Part shown: in pieces, positions 62,655-64,000 of the stretch
Numbering within the stretch: the first letter of the stretch is position 1
How the letters are laid out: each line of letters opens with the position of its first letter
From: a virus
Lineage: Duplodnaviria; Heunggongvirae; Uroviricota; Caudoviricetes
DNA: 64,000 bases
IMG/VR virus record: IMGVR_UViG_3300028260_000001
Location: 56,333 to 120,332 of that record
Direction: 5' to 3' (one strand)
Notes under the pieces: generated by a model
Told to the model about the DNA's origin: nothing
Database searches by the model: none
The model's input: the letters and a program-made list of their open reading frames with translations, nothing else
Program-made: the position numbers and the translations under genes

Positions 62655-62821
62655 CAGTAGAAAGAGAACCCACTTGCTGGAAAGTCATGGGTTATAAAGA
62701 TCATGATGAGTTCTTACGAAAGGCACGTGCTCGTACACGTCTAATGACACTGATACTAAAGCGACAAGCTGAAGCACAACGCGTTACTCCAGAGATGCTT
62801 AGTCGGGTAATCGACTTATGA
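62651..62821 (+). CDS. Small paralog 2 (56 aa, ends QRVTPEMLSRVIDL), not in the ORF track
   Basis: Manual translation MTVEREPTCWKVMGYKDHDEFLRKARARTRLMTLILKRQAEAQRVTPEMLSRVIDL; ATGA overlaps. Confidence 0.65.
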   Translation: MTVEREPTCWKVMGYKDHDEFLRKARARTRLMTLILKRQAEAQRVTPEMLSRVIDL

Positions 62822-62964
62822 AAATAATCGTTGTCATGGTTGGACTAATTATCGGTCTTCTGTGGCTCTTCCGTAAAGATAACCGGAAACCCTATTTGGT
62901 TAAAGGTAGAAACAATGGAAAAACATGTAACGTTTGTTCCGGGGACTGTGGGCAATGTGGCTAG
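62818..62964 (+). CDS. Small membrane peptide (48 aa) with a Cys-rich tail
   Basis: MKIIVVMVGLIIGLLWLFRK...CNVCSGDCGQCG; ATGA-coupled start. Confidence 0.45.
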   Translation: MKIIVVMVGLIIGLLWLFRKDNRKPYLVKGRNNGKTCNVCSGDCGQCG

Positions 62965-63142
62965 CCAAATGAAGGGGATAGACGACCTATGCGCTGCCGC
63001 ACGTAAACGGATGGGAGCAACTAAAGCTATTCGATTACGGGATGCCAGTGAGCGATCCCGTGTATTCAATGCTAAGGCAGAAGCGGACTTCGAAGCAATG
63101 CGAATGACTCCCGAATTATTAGCACGGAGATGCACGCTATGA
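62915..63142 (+). CDS. Small paralog 3 (ends MRMTPELLARRCTL)
   Basis: 75 aa with AAGGT RBS. Confidence 0.65.
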   Translation: MEKHVTFVPGTVGNVASQMKGIDDLCAAARKRMGATKAIRLRDASERSRVFNAKAEADFEAMRMTPELLARRCTL

Positions 63143-63306
63143 CCTTAGAACGTTTGATCGAGCAGGCCCGTGATCGTAACGGTACTCATGCCGAAAGCTT
63201 ACGTGCTGCTCAAGCTCGAATGGCTGAGACAAACAAAAGACTGAGCCGGGAGTTCCGTGCTCAGGAAGTATCGGAAGAATTATTGGCTAAGGTTATTTCG
63301 TTATGA
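63139..63306 (+). CDS. Small paralog 4 (55 aa, ends QEVSEELLAKVISL), not in the ORF track
   Basis: Manual translation; ATGA overlaps at both ends. Confidence 0.65.
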   Translation: MTLERLIEQARDRNGTHAESLRAAQARMAETNKRLSREFRAQEVSEELLAKVISL

Positions 63307-63500
63307 GTTTGAAAGCATTGATCGACCTCGCTAATGGTAACTACCCACCTATCCCACCAGAAGAACTCGAACGCCGTTTAGCAGAGTCACGTAAACGTGT
63401 AGCTGAGTTTGACAAAGAATGCGAAGAACGGATGCGTAATCGTATCCCGACCCAGGAAGCATTGAACCGCGTGATCGATTGGGGTATCCGACATGGTTAG
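63303..63500 (+). CDS. Small paralog 5 (…RIPTQEALNRVIDWGIRHG)
   Basis: 65 aa, ATGA-coupled. Confidence 0.6.
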   Translation: MSLKALIDLANGNYPPIPPEELERRLAESRKRVAEFDKECEERMRNRIPTQEALNRVIDWGIRHG

Positions 63501-63523
63501 GAGGCATTGCCTCCTTTATGCCG
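63499..63523 (+). terminator. Terminator with TTTATGCCG tail
   Basis: AGGAGGC-ATT-GCCTCCT followed by TTATGCCG. Confidence 0.65.
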
Positions 63524-63557
63524 TCCAATAGTCTGTATATAAATGGGTGGACTCACT

Positions 63558-64000
63558 ATGTTTGAACAATTACTATCTGGGACAAAACAATTACCCCCGG
63601 ACACAGGTGATGTCATTTTCTATATTGACATGGCTACAGTGAAAGAAACGATTAATAACCGTCCGATCACTATTTCTAACGGTGCGGTAGTTAGCACTGC
63701 GCAACTGATTGATGGTAAGCCTACGTTGTATATGCCAACAGCAGGTGGTTCAGGTTCTCGACTACTAATGAACCTGAACCCAGCTCTCGATCTCTCGTTG
63801 ACCAACTGGACAGTAGAGTGGTCTGAGTATAGAACAGCTAACGCCACTACTTGGACAAACGAAGTCTATCTAAGTGACTCGACTTTGTACAAAGGCTTTA
63901 CAATGCGATTCGGTGATACCGGGTACGACAACTTGCTCATGTTCTCCGATAACAACAACACGAATGGCCGTTCGGAATGTCGGATCAACGTTACAAGAAC
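63558..64000 (+). CDS. LamG/concanavalin-like beta-sandwich protein (tail-fibre-accessory-like), partial
   Basis: MFEQLLSGTKQLPP...STAQLIDGKPTLYM...LDLSLTNWTVEWSEY is open to the window edge; the WTVEW strand is typical of LamG-like domains. Confidence 0.55.
   Translation, partial: MFEQLLSGTKQLPPDTGDVIFYIDMATVKETINNRPITISNGAVVSTAQLIDGKPTLYMPTAGGSGSRLLMNLNPALDLSLTNWTVEWSEYRTANATTWTNEVYLSDSTLYKGFTMRFGDTGYDNLLMFSDNNNTNGRSECRINVTR

Noticed and set aside
7157-63523. Recurrent near-identical hairpins (GCCTCCCCGAAGGGAGGC type) as a possible CRISPR array or mobile repeat
   Set aside because: They are dispersed at gene ends with no regular spacers, which fits intrinsic terminators.
1-64000. Alternative genetic code (stop-codon reassignment)
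   Set aside because: Standard code gives full-length conserved proteins with high coding density, and no suppressor tRNA is present in the window.

Overview
This window is from a nucleus-forming (phiKZ-like, Chimalliviridae) jumbo phage genome, most likely infecting Pseudomonas. The exact phage cannot be identified from sequence alone. The left part (1-29 kb, minus strand) is the conserved nucleus/replication core: partial PicA/Imp1, the gp68-like nvRNAP subunit, ChmC, an SbcD/Mre11 nuclease, the nvRNAP beta-prime N-half (NADFDGD), chimallin ChmA, a family-B DNA polymerase and the tubulin PhuZ. The middle holds early accessory genes, tail tube and sheath, three virion proteins, the large terminase, DHFR and nrdAB. 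The right end holds a repeat-built internal head protein, a tRNA cluster, small paralogous ORFs and a partial LamG-like gene. Nine minus-strand early-promoter motifs (ATCTATATTAC-type) and many hairpin terminators with a conserved TTTATGCCG tail are visible. The most unusual observations are three. (1) An apparent programmed -1 frameshift (G GGA AAG, 6-nt spacer, downstream three-way-junction structure) would append a third homologous module to the head polyprotein. (2) The tRNA cluster is interleaved with non-coding structured RNAs: a circularly permuted, anticodon-less tRNA mimic (Y RNA/YrlA-like architecture), a tRNA-like RNA with a sealed anticodon loop, and two multi-branched RNAs. (3) A translationally coupled array of five small proteins shares a C-terminal motif. 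Protein identities rest on motif recognition, recalled homologues and synteny; no database searches or folding programs were run.
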